Below, piece by piece: positions 29,366 to 32,000 of a stretch of 32,000 nt of DNA; within the stretch, counting starts at the first letter, position 1, and the number at the start of each line of letters is the position of its first letter. The stretch comes from Aliivibrio fischeri ES114 (lineage in GTDB: Bacteria; Pseudomonadota; Gammaproteobacteria; Enterobacterales; Vibrionaceae), in assembly GCF_000011805.1 (NCBI RefSeq), contig NC_006840.2; one strand, 5' to 3'. The notes beneath the pieces were generated by a model. That model was not told the DNA's origin. It saw only the letters and a list, made by a program, of their open reading frames with translations, and searched no databases. Both the position numbers and the translations under genes were made by a program.

Positions 29366-31738
29366 CTAAAAACCAAAAATATCAGTTAACCAAGCTGCTG
29401 GCTTATTCTTTTCACACTCAGCTTTATACTGCCCTTTTTTATCCCAAATAGGCAACTTCACTCGACCTGAACAATCTGGTTCTAGTGTTTTATTACTTTG
29501 TAAATCAAATCCAGCGGCTGTCACTTCATTTGGCCACGGTAATTGAAGCACTTCAGGAGAACGCATACTTAGATAATCAGCGTAAACTCGTAACGCACCA
29601 CTTGACCCCGTCAACTTCATTGGTTTGTTATCATCGCGACCTAGCCAAGTAATGGCAACTTCACGACCATCAATACCAGCATACCAACTGTCTCTGGAAT
29701 CGTTACTTGTTCCCGTTTTACCCGCTAAAGCTGCCCAACTATATTTACTATTTAAGAATCGAGCTGTTCCTTCACTCACCGTTCGTTTCATTCCATACAC
29801 AGTTAACCACGTAGCTTGCTCAGGAACGACTGCAGCTGATTTAGGGAAGTTTTCATAAAGTAAGTTTCCATCATTATCTACAACTGCCTTAAGTGCTGTT
29901 AAAGCGGCTTTTCTCCCACCATTACCAATCGTTTGATACATTTGAGCTACTTGATATGGAGATAAGTTGATGGATCCTAATAGCATTGATGGCACTTGAT
30001 TAATCTCATTTGCATCAACCCCTAATTTAACTAGAGTGTCGGTCACTTTGCTTAAGCCAACCATCAAACCAAGATTTACTGTTGGTACATTTAAAGAACG
30101 AGAAAGAGCATAATAAAGAGGAACCTCTCCTCTGAATTTACGGTCAAAGTTTCTTGGCGTCCATGTTGTACCTTTACTTCCTTTTAATGCAATCGGTTTA
30201 TCATCTAACGTTGTTGCTAATGAAAACTTATCCGGTGTTTCTAATGCACTCAAATAGATAGCAGGTTTAACTAATGACCCAATTGGTCGTTTAGCATTAA
30301 TCGCTCGGTTAAATCCATCAAATCCAGTTCGGCTGCCACCAATCATTGCTCGAATTTCACCACTTTGACGATCAACAATCACCATTGCAGCTTCCAAGCC
30401 CTTCCCAGCTCTTTTTTCTAACTGAGGTACTGTTCTCTCAACGGCCTGCTCTGCTTTTTGCTGAGACAGAGGATCCAGAGTAGTGAATACTCGTAGCCCT
30501 TCTCCTTTCTGATATGCCTTACCCGCTTTCTCTTTTAACTCCCATTTTAATTGCTGGAAATAAGCCGGTTGTCTTGTCGCTATAGTTGCTCGTTTTTTTA
30601 CATCGAGTGGACGGCTAGCTGCCATTTCATATTGATGAGGCGATAAGATCTCTTCTTGCATCATTAATCGAAGAACTAAATCTCGGCGCTCTTTTACTCG
30701 TTCAGGGAAACGCATCGGATTGTAATAAGACGGGCCTTTCACCATACCAACTAACATCGCTAGTTGATCAATACGCAACTCTTCTATTGGTCGACCAAAA
30801 TATACCTGTGCAGCCAAGCCAAAACCATGAATGGCCTCTCCACCAGTTTGTCCTAAATACACCTCATTTAAATACGCTTCTAAAATACGGTCTTTGCTAT
30901 AACGATAGTCTAAAATTAATGCGAGATACGCTTCTCGAACTTTTCGCCATAGTGTACGTTCACGAGAAAGAAATAAGTTTTTCGCCAATTGTTGAGTCAG
31001 CGTACTACCACCTTGCACGGTTCGTCCTGCCTTAGCATTCACTACCATAGCTCGAGCTATAGCAAGAGGAGAAACACCATCGTGCTGATAAAAATCACGG
31101 TCTTCGGTCGCTAGTAAGGCATCAACCATTACCTCAGGAAACTGCTCTCTACGTAAGAATAAACGCTGTTGATCATCATCAGCATCCAACATACCTAAGA
31201 ACTGAGGCTCGATTTGTAAAAAACCCATTTGTTTCATTACGCTTCTATTTTCAATTTTCTGAAGTCCTTCAGAATTAAAATAAAGCATGACGTGACGATC
31301 CGGCTCTGGTCCTTGTTGAAATTCAAAAGGACGACGAATTAATTCAATTTTTGTTGATGATGATGAATATTCACCAGGGCGTTGAGGTTGACGTACTTTT
31401 TGATATTTAAGTAAATCCAACTCATTTTGAACCGTTTTTAAACTGATATTTTGCCCAGGAGATAACGTTAACACTCGGCTATAAACAACCGTTGGTAAGC
31501 TAAATAATTGACCATCAAAACGTTTCTTAACTACGGTATCAAGATAAATACCGGCGATAACAAGAATAGCTAAAACAACCAAACTTAATTTAAAGCCTAA
31601 AATCATCAAACTCTTCCAAAAAGGACGAGACGATTGCGCTTTTTTCTTAGATGATGTTTTTCTTTTCGCTGGTGCTTTCTTCTTTGCTGCCGTTTTTTTA
31701 GGGGCAGCTTTTGTTGGTGTTTTTTTCTTTTCAGCCAT
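29366..31738 (-). CDS. mrcB: penicillin-binding protein 1B (bifunctional glycosyltransferase/transpeptidase)
   Basis: 790 aa, with one TM after a basic tail. The GT51 motifs are ATEDRDFYQHDG, GGSTLTQQLAKN and RKVREA. The transpeptidase motifs are SLVK (SxxK), SLN and KTGTS. It is collinear with E. coli PBP1B, including the UB2H-like region, and lies downstream of hrpB as in E. coli. Confidence 0.93.
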   Translation of the reverse strand: MAEKKKTPTKAAPKKTAAKKKAPAKRKTSSKKKAQSSRPFWKSLMILGFKLSLVVLAILVIAGIYLDTVVKKRFDGQLFSLPTVVYSRVLTLSPGQNISLKTVQNELDLLKYQKVRQPQRPGEYSSSSTKIELIRRPFEFQQGPEPDRHVMLYFNSEGLQKIENRSVMKQMGFLQIEPQFLGMLDADDDQQRLFLRREQFPEVMVDALLATEDRDFYQHDGVSPLAIARAMVVNAKAGRTVQGGSTLTQQLAKNLFLSRERTLWRKVREAYLALILDYRYSKDRILEAYLNEVYLGQTGGEAIHGFGLAAQVYFGRPIEELRIDQLAMLVGMVKGPSYYNPMRFPERVKERRDLVLRLMMQEEILSPHQYEMAASRPLDVKKRATIATRQPAYFQQLKWELKEKAGKAYQKGEGLRVFTTLDPLSQQKAEQAVERTVPQLEKRAGKGLEAAMVIVDRQSGEIRAMIGGSRTGFDGFNRAINAKRPIGSLVKPAIYLSALETPDKFSLATTLDDKPIALKGSKGTTWTPRNFDRKFRGEVPLYYALSRSLNVPTVNLGLMVGLSKVTDTLVKLGVDANEINQVPSMLLGSINLSPYQVAQMYQTIGNGGRKAALTALKAVVDNDGNLLYENFPKSAAVVPEQATWLTVYGMKRTVSEGTARFLNSKYSWAALAGKTGTSNDSRDSWYAGIDGREVAITWLGRDDNKPMKLTGSSGALRVYADYLSMRSPEVLQLPWPNEVTAAGFDLQSNKTLEPDCSGRVKLPIWDKKGQYKAECEKNKPAAWLTDIFGF

Positions 31739-31762
31739 GAGAAATCTTTTTAATTATGAATA

Positions 31763-32000
31763 TTAGTTAAAGTGACGTTTTGTTTTTTTGGTTGCTTGAT
31801 GTGTTGCAGGATCATCTGGCCAAATATGCTTTGGATAACGCCCTTTCATCTCTTTTTGTACTTCTTTATAAGAACCTTGCCAAAAACCAGCAAGATCGCT
31901 TGTTGTTTGTAATGGTCTTTGCGCTGGTGACAATAGTTCCATCATTAGTTTTTTTGTTCCTTTTGCTAATAACGGCGTTTCAGCCTCTCCATATACTTCT
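31763..32000 (-). CDS. hrpB: ATP-dependent RNA helicase HrpB, C-terminal end (5' part outside the window)
   Basis: The frame is open to the window edge. It translates as EVYGEAETPLLAKGTKKLMMELLSPAQRPLQTTSDLAGFWQGSYKEVQKEMKGRYPKHIWPDDP..., which matches my recollection of the conserved HrpB C-terminus. The ATG at 31945 in the ORF track is internal. Confidence 0.85.
   Translation of the reverse strand, partial: EVYGEAETPLLAKGTKKLMMELLSPAQRPLQTTSDLAGFWQGSYKEVQKEMKGRYPKHIWPDDPATHQATKKTKRHFN

Overview
This is a low-GC gammaproteobacterial core-chromosome window. Gene content and order look like Vibrionaceae, possibly Aliivibrio, but that is an inference and was not searched. Contents from left to right:
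- The 3' end of the chitobiose (GlcNAc)2 catabolic operon: GH20 hexosaminidase (truncated by the window edge), GH94 chitobiose phosphorylase and a phosphohexomutase.
- A convergent fbpABC ferric-iron ABC importer with a Fur box.
- glnK-amtB with a sigma-54-like promoter, then yacL.
- A cdaR / GntP-permease / glycerate-kinase module, then acnB.
- A PlpD-like patatin-POTRA-Omp85 (type Vd) protein.
- A complete minus-strand rrn operon (P1/P2, boxA, 16S, tRNA-Ile, tRNA-Ala, 23S, 5S, tRNA-Asp), followed by a decaying array of tRNA-Asp/terminator repeats.
- A methyl-accepting chemotaxis gene with a FliA-type promoter and two frameshifts near its 3' end.
- A tRNA-Phe/Thr/Asn operon, mrcB (PBP1B) and the 3' end of hrpB.

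Every long ORF outside the rRNA genes falls in a family I recognise. I see no cluster of unknown genes, no CRISPR array, no mobile element and no defence-island signature, so I cannot support a claim of a novel multi-gene system here. The observations most worth a second look are:
- the tRNA-Asp relic array abutting plpD;
- the doubly frameshifted MCP;
- a yacL terminator that doubles as an NtrC-like dyad upstream of glnK;
- a perfect 16-bp palindrome in front of the glycerate genes.

All coordinates were derived by hand from the printed sequence. RNA ends may be off by a few nt.
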